From NCBI GenBank assembly GCA_035559535.1, contig DATMBG010000026.1, positions 1 to 64,000 on the forward strand: a DNA stretch of 64,000 nt, given 5' to 3'. Of this stretch, positions 28,498 through 37,455 are shown in pieces (the first letter of the stretch is position 1; each line of letters begins with the position of its first letter). The stretch comes from Candidatus Limnocylindrales bacterium. GTDB lineage: Bacteria; Moduliflexota; Moduliflexia; Moduliflexales; JAUQPW01. Both the position numbers and the translations under genes were made by a program. A model generated the notes under the pieces. The model searched no databases, was not told the DNA's origin, and worked only from the letters and a program-made list of their open reading frames with translations.

Positions 28498-28674
28498 GAG
28501 CGGAAAAAGCGGAAGCATTTCCGTTATCGGATCTGAAGCAAACCCTTTCTTATTTTTAAAGATAAGAAGATAAGGGATGGCCTACCAGGTTTTTATACGA
28601 AGGAAAAGGACAAAAGATGAGGGATAAATAAAAATTTTTATTTATCGCTTATCTGTCCGGAGGTAAATGAAGTA

Positions 28675-29067
28675 ATGAAAAAGATCTGGGTATTACTTTT
28701 AGCAGGTGCGTTGGTTTTAAATTTTAGTGGAACCACTCTGGCGGCTAAACACCCTACACGGCATCATACCAAAGCGAAACACTCTACGAAACATGCTCAC
28801 AAGCATAAATTGAGTAAATCCTCTGCTCAGACGATGAGAATTCAACGTGATTTAAAGTTAGCCGGGTATAACCCTGGTCCGATCGATGGGAAAATGGGCC
28901 CTAAAACCAGAGCAGCTATAAAAGCCTTTCAGAAGGATAATCATCTGAAAGTGGATGGAGTTGTAGGACCCAAGACCTGGGCCAAGTTATCCACACATTC
29001 CAAATCCGGCCGTTATACTAAGAAGACTCATCACAGCCGTGCCTTCCATGCAAAAAAATCTGTATAG
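28675..29067 (+). CDS. Secreted peptidoglycan-binding (PG_binding_1) protein with His/Lys-rich flanks
   Basis: Signal peptide; GYNPGPIDGKMGPKTRAAIKAFQKDNHLKVDGVVGPKTW. Confidence 0.9.
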   Translation: MKKIWVLLLAGALVLNFSGTTLAAKHPTRHHTKAKHSTKHAHKHKLSKSSAQTMRIQRDLKLAGYNPGPIDGKMGPKTRAAIKAFQKDNHLKVDGVVGPKTWAKLSTHSKSGRYTKKTHHSRAFHAKKSV

Positions 29068-29084
29068 CTAATCCCCCAGAGTTT

Positions 29085-29194
29085 TGGGACTTGGGGACGC
29101 GGAGTTTTGAGATACGGAGACAGAGAGACGCGGGGACGCGGAGACATTGGGATGCAGAGGCATTTCTCCGCATCCCCAAGTCCCCAAGTCCCAA
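29085..29194. repeat. Palindromic 8-mer repeat (GGGGACGC/GGAGAC family)
   Basis: GGGACTTGGGGACGCGGAG...CTCCGCATCCCCAAGTCCC inverted arms with 8-nt periodicity between convergent genes. Confidence 0.7.
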
Positions 29195-29229
29195 AGGGGG
29201 TCCTTCCTGGAAGAAGGTTTAAAATTTAT

Positions 29230-30420
29230 TTATGAATGGGTTTTATTGAAGGTGGAATTCGAGCTCAGTTGAAGTCCACCCCGAAGAGTGGACAAGACTT
29301 GAGATCTTTTACGCAGGATCAGAATCACCGAAAGGATCATATAAGCGTAAGATACTTCGATACGAATATCCGGGATGAAAAGTTGCACGGCAAACAGGCT
29401 GAAGAGGCCTAAAGATTCCCAAAGGGAGAGGCTAAGATTGGCCAGAACGGCCAGTGCAAAGAGGGATTGGGCGCTGGTGAGAAGGAGTTCATGTTGTTGG
29501 CGAAGATCCAGGGTTAAGGCTCCGATTCCACCCAGGTTGATGCTGTAAACGAGGGGAATGGTGCCGATGAGGAGGGTCCACTGATTAACTTTAGCAGAAA
29601 GGAGAGCTCCCAATCCTGCTGCGGCATCCCCCCGTAAGGTCCACAGAATAGCCACAATGAATTCTGGGGCTTCAGAGGCCAGGGGAGCAAGCCATTGAAC
29701 GAGTAGGAACTCATCGATGCCCAGGAAGGTTCCAGAAGCAACCAGGGATTCGGCAAAGGGTTCCGCAACCAGGAAAATAACCACCGCAGAGAAAAGGAAA
29801 AGGAGAAAGGTAGCGAATCGCCGGTAAAGGGTAGAGAGATTTCCGATCAGGCGGGCAGGTCCCACCAACTCGGGTTCATGAACCTCGGCATGGATTGTAC
29901 GCCAGACATAAAATCCAAAAATAGCCAGAAGTATGAGGGTATCTAACAGGGATAGGGTATCTTTAAACGGAAGTAGAAAGGAATAAAGGGTGGCAAAACC
30001 CAGAAAGCTAATTTCTATGCGGTGTTCAGGTTCTAATAAGACTTCTCGTCGATGAAATCTCAGTGCGAAAACCCAGACAATAAGGGCCCAACCAAACCCA
30101 ACCAACAGGCGGTTAGATCCGGTCATATTTGCTGTTGCGTAAGCTGTATATTCAGGTCGCTCGGCAGCAGTCCAGGCAAAATAAAGATCAACGGCGTACT
30201 CCGGGAGCACGGCAATAAGGGCAAGTACGGCTACAGCCAGAGCCCGAGGAATATCCATCTGAGCTACTTCAGCCGCCCAGGAAAGAAGAAAGGCAGCCCC
30301 CAGAACACCCAGTCCAAAAATCAAAGCTGAAAGAGGCGGATACATATGTAGGTCGGCCAACTTAAGGTAAAGGGCAGGTCCGGTTATTATAATTGCGCCC
30401 CACAGTAAAATTTGCTGCAT
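29230..30420 (-). CDS. Na+/Ca2+ (CaCA family) antiporter
   Basis: Alpha repeats IAVLPEY...ANMTGSN and PLASEAPE...SAKVNQ. Confidence 0.88.
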   Translation of the reverse strand: MQQILLWGAIIITGPALYLKLADLHMYPPLSALIFGLGVLGAAFLLSWAAEVAQMDIPRALAVAVLALIAVLPEYAVDLYFAWTAAERPEYTAYATANMTGSNRLLVGFGWALIVWVFALRFHRREVLLEPEHRIEISFLGFATLYSFLLPFKDTLSLLDTLILLAIFGFYVWRTIHAEVHEPELVGPARLIGNLSTLYRRFATFLLFLFSAVVIFLVAEPFAESLVASGTFLGIDEFLLVQWLAPLASEAPEFIVAILWTLRGDAAAGLGALLSAKVNQWTLLIGTIPLVYSINLGGIGALTLDLRQQHELLLTSAQSLFALAVLANLSLSLWESLGLFSLFAVQLFIPDIRIEVSYAYMILSVILILRKRSQVLSTLRGGLQLSSNSTFNKTHS

Positions 30421-30689
30421 GGTTGTGCTCCTTATTCGATGAGGATGGCGTTAATGAGAAATTTTCTATCTATACCAATATTTTAAATTTCATACCCCTT
30501 GAGTTTAGTTGCAAGATCTTCTTGATGAAATTAAAAGCCCGGCTCAGTAAATTATATAAGTTTACGGAGCTTTATCTAAAAAGAACGGATAGTTTCCTAT
30601 ATCATCTAACCAAACTTCCTTAATTTACCTGGATGAGTTCTTGCTCTTGGTAAAGTTTCAGGATATAAAGATAAGGAGTCTAAGCCTTT

Positions 30690-31199
30690 ATGAGAAAGCA
30701 ACTACGATTGAAGCCTCTCTTTTTAACCTCAGGACTTTTCATTTTCCTCATGGTTTATGCCGATAAAGCTTCTGCTCAACCTTCTGCAGGGTCTTATGAA
30801 CTTCGTTTTAACCTTTCGGCTCGTAGTGGATTGGGAAACAATCCATCTTCCGTTAGAGCTTCTGGCCATGCCGGGTATTTTTTGACCGAGAGTAGTGAGA
30901 TCGGTTTTTCAGCCTCGGTTGCAAATAGAGAAGAGGCGAATATTAGAGGCTCCGCTCTGGGATTTTATAGCTATCATTTTCGTCATCTTTTCGAGGATCC
31001 TCGCCTTCTTCCTTTTGTGAGTGTAGGAATAGGTGCCGGTTTTGACAGTCAAACGGTCTTCGCCGAAAATAACGAAATAGGTATTAAATATTTCTTTGGC
31101 AAACACATCGGTTTGACCACCAGTTTAACTTACCAGGTTCGAAGTAAAATAGATAATGATCTTCTCTTTGAATTTGGACTGTTAGCTGTAACCAAATAA
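30690..31199 (+). CDS. Small outer-membrane beta-barrel protein
   Basis: Signal peptide; alternating amphipathic strands (GYFLT, PFVSVGIGAG, GIKYFF). Confidence 0.7.
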   Translation: MRKQLRLKPLFLTSGLFIFLMVYADKASAQPSAGSYELRFNLSARSGLGNNPSSVRASGHAGYFLTESSEIGFSASVANREEANIRGSALGFYSYHFRHLFEDPRLLPFVSVGIGAGFDSQTVFAENNEIGIKYFFGKHIGLTTSLTYQVRSKIDNDLLFEFGLLAVTK

Positions 31200-31378
31200 A
31201 AGAAGAATCCCGCTATGTGAAATTATAAATTCCCTAGGTGGAATCTAGCGTTTGTTGTTAGGAAGGCCGAAAAGAAAATAGAGTGATTTAAGTAGGTCCG
31301 GCAAAGGAAATAATTGGAGGGTCCTTCAGGAAGGCAAAGGGTTATAAAATATTTTCCCTAAGAGGGGGATGAAATCTT

Positions 31379-32296
31379 TTACCAGGTCTTTACAATGGGA
31401 CGCTCCATAATTAATAACAAGGGTCTGCGATCGTTCGGGTCACAGGCTCTTGCCTCATTGTTATTATCCAGGATAATAAAAACGTGATCTTTGTCCATGG
31501 TCAGACCTTCCGCCTTACCAAAGGTCATATCCAGATATTGGAGTTCCTCGCGGGTCTCAATAGCTTTATAGGACCAACAATCTCTTTCTTCAAATTTTTG
31601 ACCGGTATCTACGAGTTTACATATTGCGTAAGCACTCCTTTCCAGGGCGTAAAGACCCTGATCTTCCACGAACAAATCGGAAAAATCTGGATTTAGACCT
31701 TTGGGTAACGTCAGTTGGGTGGTATCGTTTTTAAAAACTCGTACTTCAAAAGGTACTTTGCCGATGTCTACTTCCATAATTCCCCTGGGTTGTCTTTCCG
31801 CGGCTAAAACAAATTTATGAGGTCCCCTCAAGGCGATACCTTCCAGATAAGCATTTGGAACCTGGAAAAGGCCTTTTTCCTTTCCATAAGATCGTAAGCT
31901 TGGCGTTATCCAGGAAACTTCTTCCCCCTTCGCACTGACCCGAAGAATTCTAAAGGCCGTTTCACTGATAAGATAAAAATTACCCATCTCATCACAGGTA
32001 ATTCCCTCAAAGTCCAATTTGCTTTCTGTAACGGGTTCTGAAAGCTTAAATTGGAGGTAAGGCACTAAAACGGCTTTGTCATCCCTTAATTTAACCTCAA
32101 AGATCGTGTTATCATGCTTGTCGGAGACCGTGACCAGCATGTTATGGCAGATTGCCAGTCCGGAAGGCTGAATATTTTCAGGACCTTCTACAGGTAGAGC
32201 TTTTTCAAGCTTTAAAGGTATCGGTTCTTCATCGGCAATAACCGGAGAATTCACAAAAACAAATCCGATAATTAAGACGCGTATCAGATTCCTCAT
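31379..32296 (-). CDS. Secreted beta-propeller (SdiA-regulated/phytase-like esterase family)
   Basis: Signal peptide; PSGLA..VSD, DFEGIT, LEGIA..ER, AEGL..DNN repeats. Confidence 0.75.
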   Translation of the reverse strand: MRNLIRVLIIGFVFVNSPVIADEEPIPLKLEKALPVEGPENIQPSGLAICHNMLVTVSDKHDNTIFEVKLRDDKAVLVPYLQFKLSEPVTESKLDFEGITCDEMGNFYLISETAFRILRVSAKGEEVSWITPSLRSYGKEKGLFQVPNAYLEGIALRGPHKFVLAAERQPRGIMEVDIGKVPFEVRVFKNDTTQLTLPKGLNPDFSDLFVEDQGLYALERSAYAICKLVDTGQKFEERDCWSYKAIETREELQYLDMTFGKAEGLTMDKDHVFIILDNNNEARACDPNDRRPLLLIMERPIVKTW

Positions 32297-32374
32297 ATCC
32301 TTTTTAAGATGCTTTATATCTCTATCAGGTTTTAATTCCAGCCTTGCTTATCATCACACTGGGAGTAAGAAGTT

Positions 32375-32389
32375 ACAAATGTAATGCCA
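32375..32389 (-). promoter_or_regulatory. Sigma54-like promoter (-12 GT variant)
   Basis: TGGCATTACATTTGT on the minus strand, about 80 bp upstream of the 32296 start. Confidence 0.55.
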
Positions 32390-32443
32390 ACTTAACCGAA
32401 GGGATGAGGTTTTTTACCCAACTGAAAATTCTAACCTGATTTC

Positions 32444-32458
32444 TGGCATTGGATTTGT
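32444..32458 (+). promoter_or_regulatory. Sigma54-like promoter (-12 GT variant)
   Basis: TGGCATTGGATTTGT, divergent from the previous site. Confidence 0.5.
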
Positions 32459-32563
32459 AACTTATCTTAAACCTGGTGAAGAGGGAACGTAAATCCGGTG
32501 AGTTCACCTGTCGCAAAAATATGACAGATTACAGGGGAGAGTATTCCCGTTTCCAGGATCTTA

Positions 32564-32895
32564 TATTAATTCCCTCTGAAGAGGTTGTCGAATGTAGAGA
32601 AGCTATTCCCTGTGCATCCAGCTAAGGAAGGGGAAAAGCCTTATTTTCGGCCTGAAAATCCCCCTGAAGGGGGGAATAGCTTTCAAGGGTAGGTTTTTTC
32701 TAACCTAACCCCTTCCCGCGTCGGGAAGAGGGAACTCGGGAATGGCCTAGGTCCTCACTCTCCTCGCTGGGGCTAACTTTCTTATCCTGGTGCATATACC
32801 CTTGAGGGAAGTGTCTAGACCCCGGATCTAATCCTTAACTTAAGGCCCAGGGAATTGCCTCTATCCTTTATACCACTTTTAATACCGATTTGGTA
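32564..32895. mobile_element. MITE-like element, long copy
   Basis: Ends ATTCCCTCTGAAGAGGTTG and TTTAATACCGATTTGGTA match the 46789-46936 ends; interior matches 46550-46640. Confidence 0.5.
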
Positions 32896-32918
32896 CGAAA
32901 AAATATGTGTCCGCAGGT

Positions 32919-33776
32919 ATGAAACCACACTTTCTTTTTAAAAGAACGGGGTTGGTCGGATTAGTTTTATGGCTTAGTTTAGGGGTCTTTATAGATCCGG
33001 CTTATCCCATAGAAAGCCCCTGGCGTGTTCAGGGTGGCCTGGAGCCGCTCAGGATGGGAGGGACTATTCAGGTTCGAGAATTTGATATAACAGGTACGAA
33101 ACTGGATCTGGCCGATGATTTGAGCATGGGACGGTGGACGGTTCTACCCTTTGTAGAAATAGCTTATTACTTTTTGGAAAAGAATGCTTTGTCCCTGAGC
33201 TTTGATTATATGAAATTATCCGGAGATACCACCCTGAAGGAATCCATCAACTTCAATGGAAAGACCTTTCCTTCGGGAGTATCGATCCATTCCACTTCGG
33301 ATTTATACCATCTACAACTGCTCTACCGCCGTTTTCTGAAGACCTGGGAATCCGGCGATTACTTAAGCCTCTTGATCGGATTAGATTATACCCGTCTTAT
33401 CTTTGATGTGGAATCGGAAACCCCTATTATCAGTCAGTTTGGGGGACCCGAAGATTTCAAACAGTCTTTACCGTTTCCCGTTCTTGGTTTGGAAGGTACC
33501 TATCGGCTTTCTCGCAAAACAAGTATAGAAGGTCGATTTCTAGGAATGAAATTAAATAACCTCAATACACACCAAGAGGAAGGAGGACCCCTCTTTCAAG
33601 ATGAAACCTGTCTAAACAGTTCTCTGACGGCTGTTTATGCTTTTAGCCATCGTTTCTCTCTTCGAGCGAACCTGACCTATCGGTATTTCACTCAGAATCT
33701 AACCAGCCAAGAGGATGGAAACTTTTTCCACTTCTCAGGGATCGGGATTTTAATATCGGCAGAACGTCGATTTTAA
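32919..33776 (+). CDS. Outer-membrane beta-barrel protein
   Basis: Signal peptide, amphipathic strands, C-terminal Phe (ERRF). Confidence 0.7.
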   Translation: MKPHFLFKRTGLVGLVLWLSLGVFIDPAYPIESPWRVQGGLEPLRMGGTIQVREFDITGTKLDLADDLSMGRWTVLPFVEIAYYFLEKNALSLSFDYMKLSGDTTLKESINFNGKTFPSGVSIHSTSDLYHLQLLYRRFLKTWESGDYLSLLIGLDYTRLIFDVESETPIISQFGGPEDFKQSLPFPVLGLEGTYRLSRKTSIEGRFLGMKLNNLNTHQEEGGPLFQDETCLNSSLTAVYAFSHRFSLRANLTYRYFTQNLTSQEDGNFFHFSGIGILISAERRF

Positions 33777-33882
33777 AACTGTCCGGTAACCGGATAGCTT
33801 CAAAATTCTCCTAAAGGAATCGGAGAGTAAGGGTTTATAACCGGAAAGAAACAGAAGAGGTCCACGGGAAAGCCGTTTAGAT

Positions 33883-33902
33883 GAGTCCTGAAATCAGGAC
33901 TC
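33883..33902. promoter_or_regulatory. Palindrome GAGTCCTG-AAAT-CAGGACTC (enhancer-like site or terminator)
   Basis: Fits (A/G)TCCT-N6-AGGA(T/C); its context aligns ungapped with 43561-43609. Confidence 0.45.
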
Positions 33903-33917
33903 AAAAATCCCGAAAGG

Positions 33918-35285
33918 TTAAGGTTTCAGGCCGTATTTTTCGGCCCGGTAGAGAAAAGTCTTGTAACTTAATCCCAGGAGTTTGGCTGCTTCTTTATACA
34001 CCCCCCCGGCCCGCTCGATGGCTTGAAAAATAAGGCTCTTCTCTAATTCTTCCAGGGAGATGCCTTGTTCTGGAAGACGATAAGGAACTTCCATTTTGAA
34101 ACTGGGGGTAAGAACCTCCCGGGGAAGATCGGCTACGGAGATTTCATCGGAATCGCAGAACAATAGAATTCTTTCTACGATAGATTCCAGTTGGCGGATA
34201 TTACCCGGAAAGTCGTAGTTCATAAGAACGGCCAGTGCTTCTGGAGACATCTTTGGAATCCGGGAGGTTTTATCTGAGCGGTGTCTGCGGATAAAATGTT
34301 CCACCAACAAAGGAATATCTTCTTTTCGTTCCCGGAGGGGCGGGAGGTGAATGGAAATAACATTAAGGCGATAGTACAGGTCTTCTCGAAACTCCCCTCT
34401 CTGGACGAGAGTTTGAAGATCTTTATTGGTTGCGGCGATAATTCGGACATCGATTTTGATCTGCTTAGAGCCTCCTACCCGCCTGATTTCCTTTTCTTGA
34501 AGCATTCTTAGAATTTTCGCCTGCAAAGGAAGGCTCAGATCTCCAATTTCGTCTAAAAAGAGAGTCCCCTGATGGGCGGCTTCGACCAGTCCTTTTTTTG
34601 AGGTGTTTGCACCGGTAAAGGCCCCTCGTTCATAACCGAAAAGTTCACTCTCCAGAAGGGTTTCAGGAATTGCAGCACAATTAATAGGAATAAAGGGAGC
34701 CTCTTTCCGGGGACTGTTGAAGTGAATAGCCTGAGCAACCATTTCCTTACCAGTACCACTCTCCCCATAAATCAGGATAGTTGCATCACTATCCATCACC
34801 TTTTGAAGGGTTCTAAATATTTCCTTCATTCTCCTGCTATTTCCTATAAGGTTAGGAAACTGAAATCGCTCCTGGAGTTGGTTCCGTAATCGTCGAACTT
34901 CTTGATTCAGGTGGAGGGTTTTTACAGCCCGTTCTACCACCAAAATCAGTTCATTTTTATCCAGAGGTTTGACCAGATAATCAAAGGCCCCTTTTTTCAT
35001 GGCAGCTACAGCCGTTTCAATCGTTGCGTAGGCCGTTATAAGGATAACACTAACATCGGAGCGTTGCTTGAGGATCTCCTCCAGAAAGACAAGCCCATCC
35101 ATGCCGGGCATCTTCAAGTCGGTTAATACCACTTCAACAGGTAAGGAACTCAATAATCTAAGCCCTTCTTGCGCCTGGGTAACCTGTTCTACCAGGTAAC
35201 CGGCATCTTGCAGAATTTCGGCAACCACTTTTCCCTGAGCCCGGTTATCATCTACCACTAAGATATAAACTGGGGAGGAATTCAT
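33918..35285 (-). CDS. Sigma54-dependent response regulator (activator 2 of the island)
   Basis: REC (ILVVDD, DLKMPG), GESGTGKE, GAFTGA, FPGNIRQLE, HTH; ATG 35285. Confidence 0.93.
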   Translation of the reverse strand: MNSSPVYILVVDDNRAQGKVVAEILQDAGYLVEQVTQAQEGLRLLSSLPVEVVLTDLKMPGMDGLVFLEEILKQRSDVSVILITAYATIETAVAAMKKGAFDYLVKPLDKNELILVVERAVKTLHLNQEVRRLRNQLQERFQFPNLIGNSRRMKEIFRTLQKVMDSDATILIYGESGTGKEMVAQAIHFNSPRKEAPFIPINCAAIPETLLESELFGYERGAFTGANTSKKGLVEAAHQGTLFLDEIGDLSLPLQAKILRMLQEKEIRRVGGSKQIKIDVRIIAATNKDLQTLVQRGEFREDLYYRLNVISIHLPPLRERKEDIPLLVEHFIRRHRSDKTSRIPKMSPEALAVLMNYDFPGNIRQLESIVERILLFCDSDEISVADLPREVLTPSFKMEVPYRLPEQGISLEELEKSLIFQAIERAGGVYKEAAKLLGLSYKTFLYRAEKYGLKP

Positions 35286-35317
35286 CCCAACATGAAGATT
35301 GCAGAAGGCCGTTTTTC

Positions 35318-36997
35318 TTATGCCGCCGTCTGCTCTCCCTCTCCTATAGTCTGGAGACTCAGTTCGATACAAAAGGAAGTACCTTTCCCAACCTGACTGG
35401 TTACGGAAATTCGTCCATTATGAGCCTGGATAGCTCTTTGTACAATGGCCAGGCCTAATCCAATCCCATTTGCTTTGGTCGTAAAAAAGGGATTAAAAAG
35501 CTTATCCAGATGCGTTTCTTCTATTCCTGTACCTGTATCGGTTATGGTAATCTGTACATGCCGGGTTTTTTGAATGAATTCAGTTTTAACGGTCAAGGTA
35601 CCCCCCTCCGGCATCGCCTGGATGGCGTTCAAAAGTAAATTAACAAAAGCTCGTCTGAGCATCTCTGGGTCTGCCAGGAGGAGGGGAAGATTTTCTACAT
35701 ATTCCCTTTTTACCTCGATTCCAACAGAAGTCACTCCGCTCATCACTAAAGCCAGGGCATTATCCAGAAGTTCATGCAAGGAGCAAAGGACCGGATGGAG
35801 TTTAAGGGGTCGGGTATAATCCAGAAAAGCCATAACCAGGCTATCCAGTTGTTGAATTTGTTCTAAAATGATTTGGTAGAATTCCTGATATTTAGGATCC
35901 TTTCGAGCTTCCGGGCCTATAAATTTATCCTGAAAGTGTTGAATGATAAGCTTGATGGTACTTAACGGATTCTTAATCTCATGGGCAATACCTGCCGCAA
36001 TCATGGCTGCAGCCGCATTTCGCTCTGAGTGGATCAACTTTTGTTGAGTTTTCTCCAACTCTTCTATTTTTAAGGCAAGGGCCTGGTTTATCTTCTGTAA
36101 CTCGGACGTGGCCTGGTCTACCCGATCTTGAAGAGAGCGGTTAAGTTCGATAATCTCGGCTCGGGAACGCTGAAGGCTTGCGATCATGTCGTTATAAGCG
36201 GCGGCCAATTGTCCCAGTTCACGGGGCCTCTTTACCTCTAACTTATAAGAAAAATTTCCCATTCGAACCGTCTGAATCCCATCTGTCAAGATCTGGAGAG
36301 GATGAATGATGATCCGTCTCAGGCAATACCAGATTACCAGGATAATGGCAGCCAGAGAGCTCAGAAAAACCAACAGGGATTTAAGTAAAGAAGCCTGAAT
36401 TTGGGCCAAAACCTCATCCAGAGAAATTTCAATCCCAATACTTCCAATAACTTGATTTTGGTTATCATGGAGGGGCGAAATAACCTCCCAGACATAAAGT
36501 TGATCCCTATGAAGAAGAGATCTGATAACTTCCTTAAAACCGATCTGTTCCCGGGAGAAATGATAACGATCTTCACCACTCTGTCGGTCCACAATCTCTA
36601 AATTGATAAGAGGTGTGTCGGTTTGAATAACCTGGCCCTCTAAAGGATTTGGACCTGTTCCTTTTTCTCTGGGATTGGTGGTAGCTGCAAGATAAAACTG
36701 ATCCGGTGCGGTGGGGACAGGAACCACAATATCAATCTCGTTAATATCCGGTCGTGAAGCTTTGAGATCCAAAATCTTTTGCTGGAGTCCTTCTACATCT
36801 TCTATTTCCTGCCTGCTTTTGATACTGATATCAAAAATTCTGGCCAGTACCAGGGCTTTATCTTTAAGTTGATGGTTCAGGCTATCCGATAAAATAGAAA
36901 GGTGCAAAACAGTTGCCATCAGACTAATCCCGGCAACAGAGAGGGAAACTAGGCTAATGAGGGTAGTTTGTAAAGTTTTAGGAAATCGGGCGCTCAT
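35318..36997 (-). CDS. Membrane sensor histidine kinase with HAMP domain
   Basis: Two TM, periplasmic domain, HAMP, AHEIKNPL, NLLLNA, DTGTG, GIGLGL; start 36997 or 37033. Confidence 0.93.
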   Translation of the reverse strand: MSARFPKTLQTTLISLVSLSVAGISLMATVLHLSILSDSLNHQLKDKALVLARIFDISIKSRQEIEDVEGLQQKILDLKASRPDINEIDIVVPVPTAPDQFYLAATTNPREKGTGPNPLEGQVIQTDTPLINLEIVDRQSGEDRYHFSREQIGFKEVIRSLLHRDQLYVWEVISPLHDNQNQVIGSIGIEISLDEVLAQIQASLLKSLLVFLSSLAAIILVIWYCLRRIIIHPLQILTDGIQTVRMGNFSYKLEVKRPRELGQLAAAYNDMIASLQRSRAEIIELNRSLQDRVDQATSELQKINQALALKIEELEKTQQKLIHSERNAAAAMIAAGIAHEIKNPLSTIKLIIQHFQDKFIGPEARKDPKYQEFYQIILEQIQQLDSLVMAFLDYTRPLKLHPVLCSLHELLDNALALVMSGVTSVGIEVKREYVENLPLLLADPEMLRRAFVNLLLNAIQAMPEGGTLTVKTEFIQKTRHVQITITDTGTGIEETHLDKLFNPFFTTKANGIGLGLAIVQRAIQAHNGRISVTSQVGKGTSFCIELSLQTIGEGEQTAA

Positions 36998-37201
36998 AGA
37001 ATAATTAGATTCTGTAAATTTCTGAATTGTCAAGAGCTATTGTTATACCATTTCCCTATTGAACCTGCATAAGCCGTCAGAGGAGTCCTCGGGGTTATTC
37101 TGGCTTCTCTTTACCCTTACAATTAAAGGAAGAGGGCAGGAATAGGTTAGGTAAGGCTCAATTCTCCGTACCCTAGGGTATTCCATAGCGAAGGCATTTT
37201 A

Positions 37202-37238
37202 ATCCCCAAATGGGGATCTTTAATCCTCTTTTGAGGAT
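37202..37238. promoter_or_regulatory. Tandem palindromic enhancer-like sites ATCC(C/T)-N6-(G/A)GGAT
   Basis: ATCCCCAAATGGGGAT and ATCCTCTTTTGAGGAT, 21 bp apart, about 110 bp upstream of a sigma54-like site. Confidence 0.65.
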
Positions 37239-37344
37239 TTTGACAAGAGTAATTTTCAAAAAAAGTCCTTCCTCTTACCTGTTCTTCCTATCCAGCTCCC
37301 TGATTCCAGGTATTTTCCAGATTAGCATTCCGACCGTTTAAGTG

Positions 37345-37359
37345 TGGTATCAGGTTTGT
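37345..37359 (+). promoter_or_regulatory. Sigma54-like promoter (-12 GT variant)
   Basis: TGGTATCAGGTTTGT. Confidence 0.6.
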
Positions 37360-37455
37360 ACATCGGATAGGTGAGAGGGGAAAACCTCTGAAAGAGATCA
37401 GAATGGAGAATTTTCCTCCTTTTCATCCAGAAATACTCCAACAGAGCTGTGAAAT

